IMG/VR virus record: IMGVR_UViG_3300033144_005525
Location: 63,402 to 127,401 of that record
Origin: a virus
Length of the DNA stretch: 64,000 bases
Direction: 5' to 3' (one strand)
Below, piece after piece: positions 29,533 to 39,747 of this stretch; positions within the stretch are counted from its first letter, which is position 1, and each line of letters begins with the position of its first letter. A model generated the notes under the pieces. The model saw nothing but the letters and a program-made list of their open reading frames with translations. It was not told the origin of the DNA and searched no databases. Made by a program: the position numbers and the translations under genes.

Positions 29533-31748
29533 GGAACTCGGTCAGTGCAGGGGAACCAGTCATCAACTCCGTGGACAAAGACCCCTTCTACAAGACCAAC
29601 GGCATCCTGAAGGGAGCCTTCCAGAAGAACATCCGCTTGATGGCTGGTCAGATCTCGATGACCAACTGTCGTGGAATCATCTGGGTCAACTTCAATCCAA
29701 AACGCTTCAGCAACATAAAGGAAGAAGACAGCTTCCGGGACGGGCACACAGTTTACCTACTGGAGTGCGGTCATTTGTTCAAAGCGGGGAAGAGTACGAC
29801 CCACGATGTCGGGAAGTGCATCCCCTGCAACCACTGTGGGGGAGAAGATGCCTACCGTAGCTTCGAGCACGAGTGGAGCCACATCATCTTCAAGTCCAAT
29901 CCACATCTATGGCAGATGTTCATCACCAACTACCTGAAGACCCTAGAACAAGAAGGGTACGAGGTAAGCAATATCCCAGGACTCAGGAACTTCCTGCACC
30001 TGGTGATCAACTCCTTCGACGACATCAGATCCAACAGCCTGTGGGAACGGGTCTATGCCGGGTCAGCCGACTTCATCTGGAAGAAGTGGAAGAGGTTGTG
30101 CGAAGAGGACAGTGATCTAAACGAGAACTTCATCTCCTGGATCTTCGGTGTTGCCTTGGACACCGACAACCTCAACACCCAGGACGGCCCTTTCTCAGAC
30201 CTCATACCCGTCATGATAGAGGCCACAGATCGAGTCCGCGGCAAGGGCACCACCAACATGCTCACGATAGTTAGGTGGGCTCTGGACAGGTGTGTTAAAA
30301 GACTGCTTCGAAATCCACCCCCGCAAGGGAAACAAGGTGGAGACGACGAGCAGGGGGGACAGGATGCTGCGGATGCTGCTACGGATGATGAGTCCGAAGG
30401 CTCGAGCTCGGGAAAAAGCGGAGAGAGCGAGTCAAGCGATTCAGAATCTGAAGATCAAGGTCAAGATCCAGGAAGTGCGGGATCTGATTCGGGAGAGGGA
30501 CAACAGGATGATGGATGTTCGGGCACAGATGCGTCCGAAGACAGCCCGCCCTTCGACCAGACCCGTGCTCTGAAGGGATTGACCTTCGGTTCAGGTCCAT
30601 TGCAAGAGGACCAAGACCACCATGTCCCTGACTCCACAGATAGAGACCCAAGCTCACAGGCAAACAGAGCTGCCGTCGGTAAGGCCTTGTCCGCCAACCT
30701 AGAAGAGGAAGACCAACAAACAGTGGTCTTGGGTGATGTGGACGACGACATGCAGCAGCAGGTCACCAGGCTGCTGAATTCTGTGAGGCCACAGAACGCC
30801 CAGTACTTCCTTCTTGCAGATGCCAAAGCGAAGATCCTCTTGGTTGATGTGGATCCAGAGAACATCAGCAAGGAGGAGGAGATAGAGATCTCCCCAGAGA
30901 ACAAGATAGCCATCAACAGGATGAGGGCTGCGTTCTCTAGAGTGATGGGTAGACAGAGCAACAAGATGTCTGACTCTGGGCTCATCGTGGACCCACAGAC
31001 TGCCATCCAGCACCGTATCAACCCGAACGAGATAGATCTCTTCGAGGAGGAAGTACTCAACAAGGGTTTTGCCTACCTCACTCTCTGCGACATGTCTGGG
31101 TCCATGCAGGGAAATAGGTTCCATCAGGTGTGCGTCGGCTCTCAGATGCTCAAGTCCGCTCTGGACTATCCGTTCGTGGAAGACCACCTGTGGGGATTCC
31201 GAGGAGCTATCGACGAAGGCAGACACCACCACAGCTACGGATCGCAGCAGAGTATCAAGCTCCTTCTGAGAGGAGGAGAGATCTGGATCTACAAGTACGA
31301 CAGGAACTGCAAGGGCTATATCGGTAGAGCTCGAGGACGCTACCAAGACGGACGTAGTCACGATGTCAAGGTTGAGTGTGGTGGACTAACCCCCATGAAC
31401 TCAGCCATCCATGTGGCTGCCAAGTTCATGCTAACGAAAGTCCCTGCAGGAATGGCCAAGAGGATCTTCCTCCTGACTGATGGCTACCCGACACACGTAA
31501 AGACCAGTGGGCGTGACATGGGCAAGAAGATGCTCATCGACTTCACTGCCAAAGAAGTTAGAAACGCACGACAGAAGGGGGTGCAGATCTACACGTTCGT
31601 CATGGGTAATGACATCGATGATACCGCCGCTCTGCAGATGTTTGGGCCCAAGAGGTACTGGGAGAGGATCGACGATAAGCAATCCATCGACAAAGCGTTG
31701 ATGTCCATTGTCCTTCGAGAGTTCACCAAATACTTGAGGAGCAAGTAA
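29529..31748 (+). CDS. VWA (MIDAS) partner protein with N-terminal HExxH and acidic linker (CobT/NorD-like)
   Basis: FEHEWSH; CDMSGSM; GLTP; LLTDGYP. Confidence 0.85.
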   Translation: MRNSVSAGEPVINSVDKDPFYKTNGILKGAFQKNIRLMAGQISMTNCRGIIWVNFNPKRFSNIKEEDSFRDGHTVYLLECGHLFKAGKSTTHDVGKCIPCNHCGGEDAYRSFEHEWSHIIFKSNPHLWQMFITNYLKTLEQEGYEVSNIPGLRNFLHLVINSFDDIRSNSLWERVYAGSADFIWKKWKRLCEEDSDLNENFISWIFGVALDTDNLNTQDGPFSDLIPVMIEATDRVRGKGTTNMLTIVRWALDRCVKRLLRNPPPQGKQGGDDEQGGQDAADAATDDESEGSSSGKSGESESSDSESEDQGQDPGSAGSDSGEGQQDDGCSGTDASEDSPPFDQTRALKGLTFGSGPLQEDQDHHVPDSTDRDPSSQANRAAVGKALSANLEEEDQQTVVLGDVDDDMQQQVTRLLNSVRPQNAQYFLLADAKAKILLVDVDPENISKEEEIEISPENKIAINRMRAAFSRVMGRQSNKMSDSGLIVDPQTAIQHRINPNEIDLFEEEVLNKGFAYLTLCDMSGSMQGNRFHQVCVGSQMLKSALDYPFVEDHLWGFRGAIDEGRHHHSYGSQQSIKLLLRGGEIWIYKYDRNCKGYIGRARGRYQDGRSHDVKVECGGLTPMNSAIHVAAKFMLTKVPAGMAKRIFLLTDGYPTHVKTSGRDMGKKMLIDFTAKEVRNARQKGVQIYTFVMGNDIDDTAALQMFGPKRYWERIDDKQSIDKALMSIVLREFTKYLRSK

Positions 31749-32839
31749 TGGATATCGAGATGGGCAAACTACGGTGTGACAGGAACCAGCTAATCAAACT
31801 GGTCAAAGCCGTAGTGGAGATCGAACCAGAGAGAGTTCACGTCATGGCTCGAGCACACACTCTCACTCTGCATGCGTCCAACGATGCAGTTGGCTATGGC
31901 GAGAGCAATGCAATAGACCACATCCTAGTTCGGATCCCGTACCTCGGTCCTGATTACCAAGCCTTCGTGGATTCCGACAAGATAGTGGAAGCCTTCAAGA
32001 AGGTCGGCAAGATCACCACACTGCCGACAGGCGGGAAGCCCTTGTCCTTCGTGGATGCTCCATCCCCCATAAAGAAGGAGGTGAAGGTTCAGTATGATCC
32101 AGAGGAGCTGGTCGATGTTCTGAAGTTCCTCCTGGCTGTGGACATCTCAAGTTGCGGGCTACTCAAGTACAAAGGGGTTGTCTTCAACTGCGGTGAGATG
32201 CTGACCACATGTGGCCACGTCATACACGTCCAGGAGAACATGCCCCACCTGACAGAGGAACCAATGCTGCTGGGCATGTATGGGGCAAAGAGCTTCTACA
32301 AGGCCATGAAGGCTTTGGAGTCTTTCTGTGTTCGTGGGGTCTTCAAACAGAGAAAGAGTTCCCTGGGGACTCTGTACTTCGAGGCAGAGGACGAGAGTGG
32401 AATAGACGTGCGTCTGTACAGCGCTCCACGCACCCAAACGGACAGGATGGGGGAGGTACGGGACACATTACCCATCACGGGGGACTCCATAACCTTCGTT
32501 GTTCACGAGCCCTTCATCAAAGAAGTGGCCAAGCACATCTGCAAGAAGGACGAAGAAGATGCGTACCTACACCTAAAGACAGGAACGTCTCTGCACTACT
32601 ACTCGGAGGGGCGGTCGTACAAAGGTGAGTTGCCGATGATCCGCTCTATGTCTAACCCGACTGACGTGGATCTTTGCATCTCTGCAAAGTACCTACTGGA
32701 GGCATTAAATAGGTCCGACGCCACCGTGCAGTTCATCGTGCCACGTCCCAATAGCCTGTCCCCTATCTACGTGAACTGCAGAGAAGGGCGGTTTGCCATC
32801 ATAGCTATTGTGGCTCCGAAGGAAGTGGATCCAGAATGA
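31748..32839 (+). CDS. DNA polymerase III beta-clamp-like protein
   Basis: 363 aa; LTTCGHV; C-terminal ISAKYLLEAL...SPIYV...IIAIVAP resembles the DnaN end. Confidence 0.55.
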   Translation: MDIEMGKLRCDRNQLIKLVKAVVEIEPERVHVMARAHTLTLHASNDAVGYGESNAIDHILVRIPYLGPDYQAFVDSDKIVEAFKKVGKITTLPTGGKPLSFVDAPSPIKKEVKVQYDPEELVDVLKFLLAVDISSCGLLKYKGVVFNCGEMLTTCGHVIHVQENMPHLTEEPMLLGMYGAKSFYKAMKALESFCVRGVFKQRKSSLGTLYFEAEDESGIDVRLYSAPRTQTDRMGEVRDTLPITGDSITFVVHEPFIKEVAKHICKKDEEDAYLHLKTGTSLHYYSEGRSYKGELPMIRSMSNPTDVDLCISAKYLLEALNRSDATVQFIVPRPNSLSPIYVNCREGRFAIIAIVAPKEVDPE

Positions 32840-32950
32840 TGGCATGGACATCCTAGACAAGCTGGCGGACTGGTTCCTGGCTTTCCTCAGGCTCCTGGCC
32901 CACCTAGTGGGTGGGGAGTAACTCTTCAAGCGGCTTCGGCCGCTTCTTAG

Positions 32951-33310
32951 CTAGCTGGGGAGATTGAAATCTCCCGTGTCCTCTTCTTCGAAGTCCTTGC
33001 GTCTCCCGTTGTTGTTGGTGGGAGCTCGACGAGCATTTGGGAAGGCTTTGCTCTGCCACTTGAAGCAAAGATAGAAATTCCCAAGGATTAGAGCATTTGC
33101 TCCTGCAAGGATCCCGGCGATCCACTGCGGATCGTTACGTAGGAAAAGAAAAGTGCTCGCATTGGTGTAAATCGGAAACCCAACCAACCCACAGATAGCG
33201 AGACTCAAAGGAGCTCCTCGCCTACGCCAAGAGAGCCAGAAGTAAATTCCTACTGGCACCCATCCGACTACCAACACGGCGGTGATGGCTACAGCTATCC
33301 AGTTGAACAC
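32951..33310 (-). CDS. three-TM membrane protein
   Basis: hydrophobic segments. Confidence 0.6.
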   Translation of the reverse strand: MFNWIAVAITAVLVVGWVPVGIYFWLSWRRRGAPLSLAICGLVGFPIYTNASTFLFLRNDPQWIAGILAGANALILGNFYLCFKWQSKAFPNARRAPTNNNGRRKDFEEEDTGDFNLPS

Positions 33311-33319
33311 TAGAACAGT

Positions 33320-33547
33320 TTACTTGATGGCCTTCAGAGCGGGAAATTCTCTCTCCAACTCTGTGGATGGCCTACCGTATTTGACCTTGTGCATTTCGTT
33401 TGCACACTCTGCCCCAACGGCTACATGACGTTCTGATTCGTCATGCCACTCTTTGCTGCGATGGCGGCTGCGGTACTCGTGGTAGATCAGGAGAGACAGG
33501 AGCACTACAACGGGAATCAGGGAGCCAAGAAGTTGCCACGGCATCAA
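33320..33547 (-). CDS. single-TM membrane protein
   Basis: N-terminal TM segment. Confidence 0.55.
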   Translation of the reverse strand: MMPWQLLGSLIPVVVLLSLLIYHEYRSRHRSKEWHDESERHVAVGAECANEMHKVKYGRPSTELEREFPALKAIK

Positions 33548-33774
33548 TCATCCTCCTGTGGATCTACTACACCGGATACTTCATCTACTATATGTGATGG
33601 AACGGCCACCCCGTTGTCGGAAGTTAGCACCTTTACCAGAACAGCAAGCACCACGTTAGTTCGCTTGTGTGCTTCGTAGATGAGGTCACTCTTCTTATCT
33701 TGCCTGTACATCAGCCACAGACAAACAAAGATCGGAAACCCTAGAGCCTGGATTATCTGAACAGCCGATTCCAT
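33544..33774 (-). CDS. YvrJ/BhlA-like holin-type membrane protein
   Basis: IIQALGFPIFVCLWLMYRQDKK. Confidence 0.55.
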   Translation of the reverse strand: MESAVQIIQALGFPIFVCLWLMYRQDKKSDLIYEAHKRTNVVLAVLVKVLTSDNGVAVPSHIVDEVSGVVDPQEDD

Positions 33775-33785
33775 AACTCGTCCCC

Positions 33786-33829
33786 CAAAAAGAGTGGCCC
33801 GACCCGGGGGCTGGTCCGAGCCGGGCCGG
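33786..33829 (-). terminator. intrinsic terminator
   Basis: GGCCCGGCTCGG/CCGGGTCGGGCC then CTCTTTTT on the minus strand. Confidence 0.55.
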
Positions 33830-33880
33830 TTACCTTCGTGCCATCCGGGAGGTCCGAAGCGGCGGGAAGGTGACTGCCTA

Positions 33881-35215
33881 TCAAGGCATGAAGGCGCGAG
33901 CTAGAGCGACCTTCTCCTGAGCTGGAGCTGGCTGCCCCTGCTGCTGTTGTCCTTGCTGATCCTTCTGTTGATCTGCAGGACTCTTGGCGTTGGGTGAGTT
34001 CGGATTCGTGGGCTTGTTGAACGGCTGCGGGGTGTTCATGGCCTTGATGGCCTCGTCCAGAGTGGCCGAATCCGCCTTCTGCATCTCTGCGACGAACTTC
34101 TGCACCTGAGCAGGGTCGTTCATCTGAATACCTGTCTGCTGCTCGATCTCCTCGAGCTTCGGGGCCCAGCGAGCCATGGTCTCCGGATCCACGCTCGGGT
34201 CGACTTGCTGGATCTTCTGGTCGGGAGGCACTGGGGGCTGAGCTTCGCCCATTGGGCCAGACTCGGGGCCCATTCCACCAGCTTCGGGGCCCATGCCGCC
34301 CATGCCCATCTCTGAGCCTGCGTCCGGATGCCTGGCAGCCTCCACGAGCTCCATCATGTTGCCCTGGGCCGACGGAGGTGTCTGGGAAGGCGCCATGGGA
34401 GACGGCTTGTAGCGGTTGGCAGGAGACTGCTGGACGGCGGCTCCGGGCATGGGAGCCATCCCACCCTGAGCTGGGTCCGGGGGAGGCATGGCAGGCATAG
34501 CGGCGTCCTGAGCCCCTCCCATACCACCAGCCGCTGGGTTGCCTCCACCAGCACCCATCAAAGCAACCTTGACCAGCTCCAGGTCGGGCACCCAGTTGCG
34601 CTCAGCCAGCTTGCGGAGCACCAGATCCTGGATGTCAATGTGAAAAGAGCTAGCCGTCTTGACAAGCTCAGCTGGCCCATGACCCGCGGCACAAGAATAG
34701 AGAGACAGGGTGTCCTCGTCCAACCGGTGACCTGCAGCTACCTTCTGCAGGTCGTGGTCCAGGAGAGTGTAGAACCGGGCCTCTAGCAGAGCGTCATCTG
34801 CATTGAGGCCTAGTACTCCCGCCGCCTTGTGAAACACGGTCTCATCGACAGGAAGGCTGCCGCCCCAGCGAGAGAATACGGCAGTTGCTAGTTCTTGATC
34901 CATGATTCCAGCCCTCTTTTCCTTCTGGCTGATTCGTCCGGCTGCGAGTCCTGCTCCACCAGCTCCTACAGAACCTACAGCGATACCTTTACGGTAACCC
35001 TTGCCTATTCTGTACTTCTCATTACTCCAAGCATCCATCTGCTCCATCTTCTTCTTGATGGATGCTATCGCGGACGGATCGTTAGTAGCTGCCTCAACAC
35101 TCTCCCTCACACCGATGGGATGAGGCTTCTTGGCAGCTGGAGGAGGTGGACCAACTACTCGCTTTGCCTTGCCAACAACTGTTCGGAGACCTTGCGCGAA
35201 AGGTTTAATGTCCAT
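33881..35215 (-). CDS. putative head/internal protein with KxA motifs and Pro/Met/Gln-rich C-terminus
   Basis: KRA, KAA, KVA, KTA, KLA motifs; Gly-zipper N-terminal module. Confidence 0.6.
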   Translation of the reverse strand: MDIKPFAQGLRTVVGKAKRVVGPPPPAAKKPHPIGVRESVEAATNDPSAIASIKKKMEQMDAWSNEKYRIGKGYRKGIAVGSVGAGGAGLAAGRISQKEKRAGIMDQELATAVFSRWGGSLPVDETVFHKAAGVLGLNADDALLEARFYTLLDHDLQKVAAGHRLDEDTLSLYSCAAGHGPAELVKTASSFHIDIQDLVLRKLAERNWVPDLELVKVALMGAGGGNPAAGGMGGAQDAAMPAMPPPDPAQGGMAPMPGAAVQQSPANRYKPSPMAPSQTPPSAQGNMMELVEAARHPDAGSEMGMGGMGPEAGGMGPESGPMGEAQPPVPPDQKIQQVDPSVDPETMARWAPKLEEIEQQTGIQMNDPAQVQKFVAEMQKADSATLDEAIKAMNTPQPFNKPTNPNSPNAKSPADQQKDQQGQQQQGQPAPAQEKVALARAFMP

Positions 35216-35284
35216 CGATTCCAGCCCCTTGCAGGTAGTGAGTTACTAAATTAGTACCAACTAGTAACTAATTAGTAATCGGAC

Positions 35285-36004
35285 CTAGAAGCCCGAGACG
35301 GGGTTGAAGTCACCGCTGACGAGAGCCAGCGAGCTCACTGCGACCGGAACACCACGCTCGAACTGCATGGCAGCGTTCTCCTGGATCACAGTCCCGCCGG
35401 CGTCGGTGGCGATGGTGTGGGAGGGGATGTAGGCCTCTTCCAGGTAGATGGCCCCAACCGTGTCCTCGTTGGTGTCCCGGAAGTACATCAGGAGGCCGAT
35501 CGGCTGAGAGAACAGGTCCGAAGCGAGGTTCAGGAAGATGTTCTCGTAGCCTGCCGGGATCTTGACGTTGTGTGGGTTGGCGACAGTCGCCGGCGCCACG
35601 TTCTGGAAGACGAACGGGACGATGGTGGGCGGAAGGAGGTCCTGGTAGTAGGCGTAGAGCATCCGGAGGAGACTCGGCCCGTGATACATGACCCTGGACA
35701 GGGACACCTGGCCGACTGTACGACCAGAGATGAAGTAGGACCGCTCCGACCCAACTTCCCAGAACCGAGCAAACGACCGGTTGTGGGAGAGGTTGATGTT
35801 CTGGACCACGCCGATGGGCATGGCGAAGTCTTTGCCTGAGCCCTCCACCGACAGTGCTGCCGCAACCCCTGTAGCACCGCCTACATTGGCCAACCGAGGA
35901 GGCCCGGCTGCCAACATGGTGAATGCGGCGGACATGAACTGACCGTCCACCAGACCGCCTTGAACGTAGCGGTTGTATGGCTGCCATTCGCTGAGCTTTG
36001 CCAT
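35285..36004 (-). CDS. tail tube protein
   Basis: directly after the sheath; IGVVQNINLS.NR....WEVGS.RSYFI.G. Confidence 0.75.
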   Translation of the reverse strand: MAKLSEWQPYNRYVQGGLVDGQFMSAAFTMLAAGPPRLANVGGATGVAAALSVEGSGKDFAMPIGVVQNINLSHNRSFARFWEVGSERSYFISGRTVGQVSLSRVMYHGPSLLRMLYAYYQDLLPPTIVPFVFQNVAPATVANPHNVKIPAGYENIFLNLASDLFSQPIGLLMYFRDTNEDTVGAIYLEEAYIPSHTIATDAGGTVIQENAAMQFERGVPVAVSSLALVSGDFNPVSGF

Positions 36005-36023
36005 TGCTTGTCTCCTTCGGGCC

Positions 36024-39000
36024 TCAGATGACCAGAGTCAGTCGGATGTAGTTTGCCGGGAATGGGACATCCAAGGTCACGTCGACCAGCACGGTGTCCG
36101 GATTGTCTCGGTCCTGGATGAGGTTGTTCAGATCACCTCCCAGGATAACACCACCCTCAGTGAGGAACTGCAGCATTCCCTGAATGACCGTCGAGAGGGT
36201 GTCCAGGAAGGGCTGGGTGATGTTGAACGTACCGATGAAGTTCCGCAGACCTGTCCGCATGAACTTCGCCACGAAATCGACCACCTTGGTGATCGACAGC
36301 TCTCGGGACTCGATGGACGTGATGTCCGTGGAGAGCTGGTGCCGGCTGATGAGAGGGGTGCCGTCGGCATCCTGCATCAGGACGTAGGTGCCACCGGCCG
36401 CCATGATGTTGAGCTGGCGGACGGAGAACGTGTCGTTGGAGCCCTGGACCCCGGTGAACCCGGTCATGGGCAGGTTGGTGAAGCCCTGCTGTGGGGGATT
36501 GAATGCGATCATCCCCGACATGGCTGCACAGGCGTAGTAGGCGTCGATGACCTCATCGAGCCCACTGAGGGAGGCGATGACAGTATCCGGGAAGACCGAG
36601 AAGACCCTCCGGTTCTGGATTCCACCATTCCTGGCAGCAACGCTCGAGGCGACAGCATCCTTGTCCTGGAGCGTAGAGCCGGCGATGAGCAGCTGAGCAC
36701 CACGGACCTTCAGGGACCAGTCCGCATTCAGCACCGTCTCCGTGAGCGGAGTGAGGGTGTAGAAGGCGTCATCGTTGAAGCCCGAGGAGAACGAGACCCT
36801 GAGTGTGGCCAGAGACCCACTGAACGCGGCGACGCTGTACCGACGCAAGGAGCCCGACACAGTGACTTCGATGAACAGGTTTTCGTCTTCGTCGATGGCT
36901 TCGGCCGGGTTGATGCCATTCTCGACCAGAGACGATGACGGATTGACATCCAGCAGAAGCTGGTTGTCCGTGGCTGTGGAGTCCGAGGACAGGCCTGAGG
37001 AGACCACAGTATCGACGGCACGATCTGGGACCGTCGGGTTCTGGAGGAGGATCCTCTCACCCTTCTGATCTGCCCCCGACATGAAGTCGATGTGAGTGCG
37101 GAAGATCTGGAAGACCGTCTCATCGTGCGTGAGAGGCGCAATGGCGTAGACCTCTTGGCTCTCGATGAAGTTGGTGACCTCTGCGTACCCGATTGCTGTT
37201 CCTTCCGGAGCAGCCGCAGTGGCCTCACCCACACCCAGGCCCTTGCAGGCAATTCCTGGAGCGTTGATGAGCTGGAAGAACATCGCCAGACCCAGCGGGT
37301 TGCCCGAATTGATCGGATTGAGAACCGACTGGAGGGTAGTGACGTCACTCAGGGTGATGACTCCCGGAGCGGCTGCACGAGGGGACACATCCAGACGAAG
37401 GGCCGTGTACTGGATGTAGACGTCTGCATCACCGGGACCAAATGGGTCACCTGTGACTGCACTGCGCAGGATCTCCGCACCCACCAGGGCATTGCCCGAC
37501 TGGTCGATCTGGAAGTCTGCGTTGGGACGACCGGAACCGCTGTCGTCCATGTTGCCTGTCGAGAGACCCAAGGCAGAGTATGCCTGGATGTTCACAGTGT
37601 CGTCGATGACCTCGACCCTCGAAGCAGCCCCCTCGAGCGGACTGGTGAGGACCATCCTGTCAAGTAGACCGCCGCCAATGGCGGCCACAGTGAAGCCAAC
37701 AGTGGCGTTGATCTCATCAACAGCGTCATCGAGAGAGTCACTGGTGAACACGACCGTGTAGATCTGGGGACGGTCGTTGAAGCGGAGCTTGAGGATCTGA
37801 GCGGCCAGATTCTCCTCACCGAGGTCCTCGTCCAAAGAGACGAACAGAATATCGGCGTCGTCTACAACCCCAATCGCCGTGGAGGCAGCTCCGATTCGGA
37901 TACCGACCAATGAACCAGAGGCAACAGTGGTGAAGACGAGCTTGTCTACGTTGTTGCTGACGAGGAACGTGGTGGGTAGCGTAGCTCCGTCCCAGTCGGC
38001 GGCGGTGTTGATAGCTGCCAACAGAGTTGCGATGTCTGCGTAGGCTGAGCCGGTGGTGGAGAACGTGAAGGTACGTGTACCAGCCGTCCATGTGACTCCA
38101 CCATCATTGGTCTGCTCAATGACGATGGTTTCGCCAGTGGTCTCGTTGAACGGGAACATCTGCGTGCCACCAGTAATGGCAGCGACGATATCGACGAACT
38201 CGACATCTGAGCCTGTGTCGGAGGCAGCAGCGATCCCCAGAGCAGTGAGTGCAGTGGACGAGGCCTTCAGCTGCAGAACGTGGGAGGCACCAGTGGTATC
38301 CACCGTGAGGCGAAGCTCTCCACCGTCATCCGTGGGAACCACACCAGCGATGTTGGTTCCGATGGCCGATACCACATCGGACATGGCGGCAAAGGGACCA
38401 CCGGTGAAGGTGAATGTGTCCTCACCCTGAGACACACCGTCGATCGTGACCTCGGTGATGAGAGTGAGTCCGGCCAGGGCGAACGGACCACCAGGAGACG
38501 TGGTGCCAACAAGAGTAGCTGCAGTCGCTACTTCTCCACCGATGGAACCTGTGAGTGTGGCTGCAGTCGCTGCGACGTTGTCTTCAGCGATGTTCCGGGC
38601 CTTGAACCAGCCGTAGCGGGGGGCGAACGGAACTCCTGCGAAGAGGGTGTTGAGGTCGCTGTCGTCGTAGACCGCCGTGAGGACGTTGCCATCATCATCG
38701 AAGGTGGACAGGGACGTGTTGATGATGCCGAGCTTGAAGCGACTGGCCTCGACACGCTGAACCTCTGCTGTCGAGTTGGGTCGGGTACCGTCTGCAACGT
38801 AGTAGTCCCCTACCTGAAGATCGATGGACCCAGCACCCGTGAAGATGATGTCCGCAGCGACTGCCTCTGCGTAGAGGTCTGCACTGTTGGAGTCCAGGCC
38901 AATCTGACCGAAGGACATCTCGGTGGTTCCGGACGTCAGGAACGACGCAGATACCGAGTCCTCGAGGTAGACGCCCTGGCTGAAGACGATGAAGGGGGAC

Positions 39001-39737
39001 AGCGTGGTGTTGTTGGACTGGTCTTCCGGGTGGAAGCCTGCGGCCGTGACCCGGTACTCGACGCTATCGCTGATTGCACCGAGGTCCGTGTTGGCAGAAC
39101 CACCAGGACGGACAGTCACCGAAGATGAAGCCCCCCAGATCAGGGAAGCGATCTGTACTCGATCGACGGCTCCGTTGTTGATGAGAGTCGCAACGGTTGA
39201 ACCAACTGCGGCGTTGATTTGGTCGGCGATCTGCTGTGCAGTGAGGAAACCACCACCCACTGTAGCGAACGTGACGATGACATCGTCCGACGTGTTCAGT
39301 GGTGCACGCTCATCGATAGCGAAGACGAGGATCTTGCCATCCAGGTCCAGACCAGCACCGCTGATCTCCAACGTGCGGAAAGCAGCCCGACGTGCTTCGT
39401 TGTGGGCTGTGAGGAAAGCAGAACCAGGATCTCTGTCGAGCTCCGACAGCGAACCGCCAAACAGAAGGGCCAGACGAATCGTGGCCTCTTCGACATCGAC
39501 TTCCTGGATGTTCCCTCGAGGGGACGGGAAGGCACTCTGCCCGATGGTCTGTGGGAGCTGGTTGTAAGCCCCCTGTCGAGCATCTGTGTTGATGAGACCA
39601 TCGGAGTCTACGAACTCCACGATCTCTTTTGCCGGGCCAGTGACGAAAGGAACCAGGGTGGGCTGAACGATTGTCGGGGCGGCTGCCTCGAATTCCTGGA
39701 TGACTTGTACGCCTGGACGTGGAAGCTCGGCTGCCAT
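36024..39737 (-). CDS. tail sheath protein with multiple inserted domains
   Basis: N-terminal RPGVQVIQE; C-terminal ELSITKVVDFVAK...V.VTLDVPFPANYIRLTLVI. Confidence 0.88.
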   Translation of the reverse strand: MAAELPRPGVQVIQEFEAAAPTIVQPTLVPFVTGPAKEIVEFVDSDGLINTDARQGAYNQLPQTIGQSAFPSPRGNIQEVDVEEATIRLALLFGGSLSELDRDPGSAFLTAHNEARRAAFRTLEISGAGLDLDGKILVFAIDERAPLNTSDDVIVTFATVGGGFLTAQQIADQINAAVGSTVATLINNGAVDRVQIASLIWGASSSVTVRPGGSANTDLGAISDSVEYRVTAAGFHPEDQSNNTTLSPFIVFSQGVYLEDSVSASFLTSGTTEMSFGQIGLDSNSADLYAEAVAADIIFTGAGSIDLQVGDYYVADGTRPNSTAEVQRVEASRFKLGIINTSLSTFDDDGNVLTAVYDDSDLNTLFAGVPFAPRYGWFKARNIAEDNVAATAATLTGSIGGEVATAATLVGTTSPGGPFALAGLTLITEVTIDGVSQGEDTFTFTGGPFAAMSDVVSAIGTNIAGVVPTDDGGELRLTVDTTGASHVLQLKASSTALTALGIAAASDTGSDVEFVDIVAAITGGTQMFPFNETTGETIVIEQTNDGGVTWTAGTRTFTFSTTGSAYADIATLLAAINTAADWDGATLPTTFLVSNNVDKLVFTTVASGSLVGIRIGAASTAIGVVDDADILFVSLDEDLGEENLAAQILKLRFNDRPQIYTVVFTSDSLDDAVDEINATVGFTVAAIGGGLLDRMVLTSPLEGAASRVEVIDDTVNIQAYSALGLSTGNMDDSGSGRPNADFQIDQSGNALVGAEILRSAVTGDPFGPGDADVYIQYTALRLDVSPRAAAPGVITLSDVTTLQSVLNPINSGNPLGLAMFFQLINAPGIACKGLGVGEATAAAPEGTAIGYAEVTNFIESQEVYAIAPLTHDETVFQIFRTHIDFMSGADQKGERILLQNPTVPDRAVDTVVSSGLSSDSTATDNQLLLDVNPSSSLVENGINPAEAIDEDENLFIEVTVSGSLRRYSVAAFSGSLATLRVSFSSGFNDDAFYTLTPLTETVLNADWSLKVRGAQLLIAGSTLQDKDAVASSVAARNGGIQNRRVFSVFPDTVIASLSGLDEVIDAYYACAAMSGMIAFNPPQQGFTNLPMTGFTGVQGSNDTFSVRQLNIMAAGGTYVLMQDADGTPLISRHQLSTDITSIESRELSITKVVDFVAKFMRTGLRNFIGTFNITQPFLDTLSTVIQGMLQFLTEGGVILGGDLNNLIQDRDNPDTVLVDVTLDVPFPANYIRLTLVI

Positions 39738-39747
39738 GGTTCTTCTC

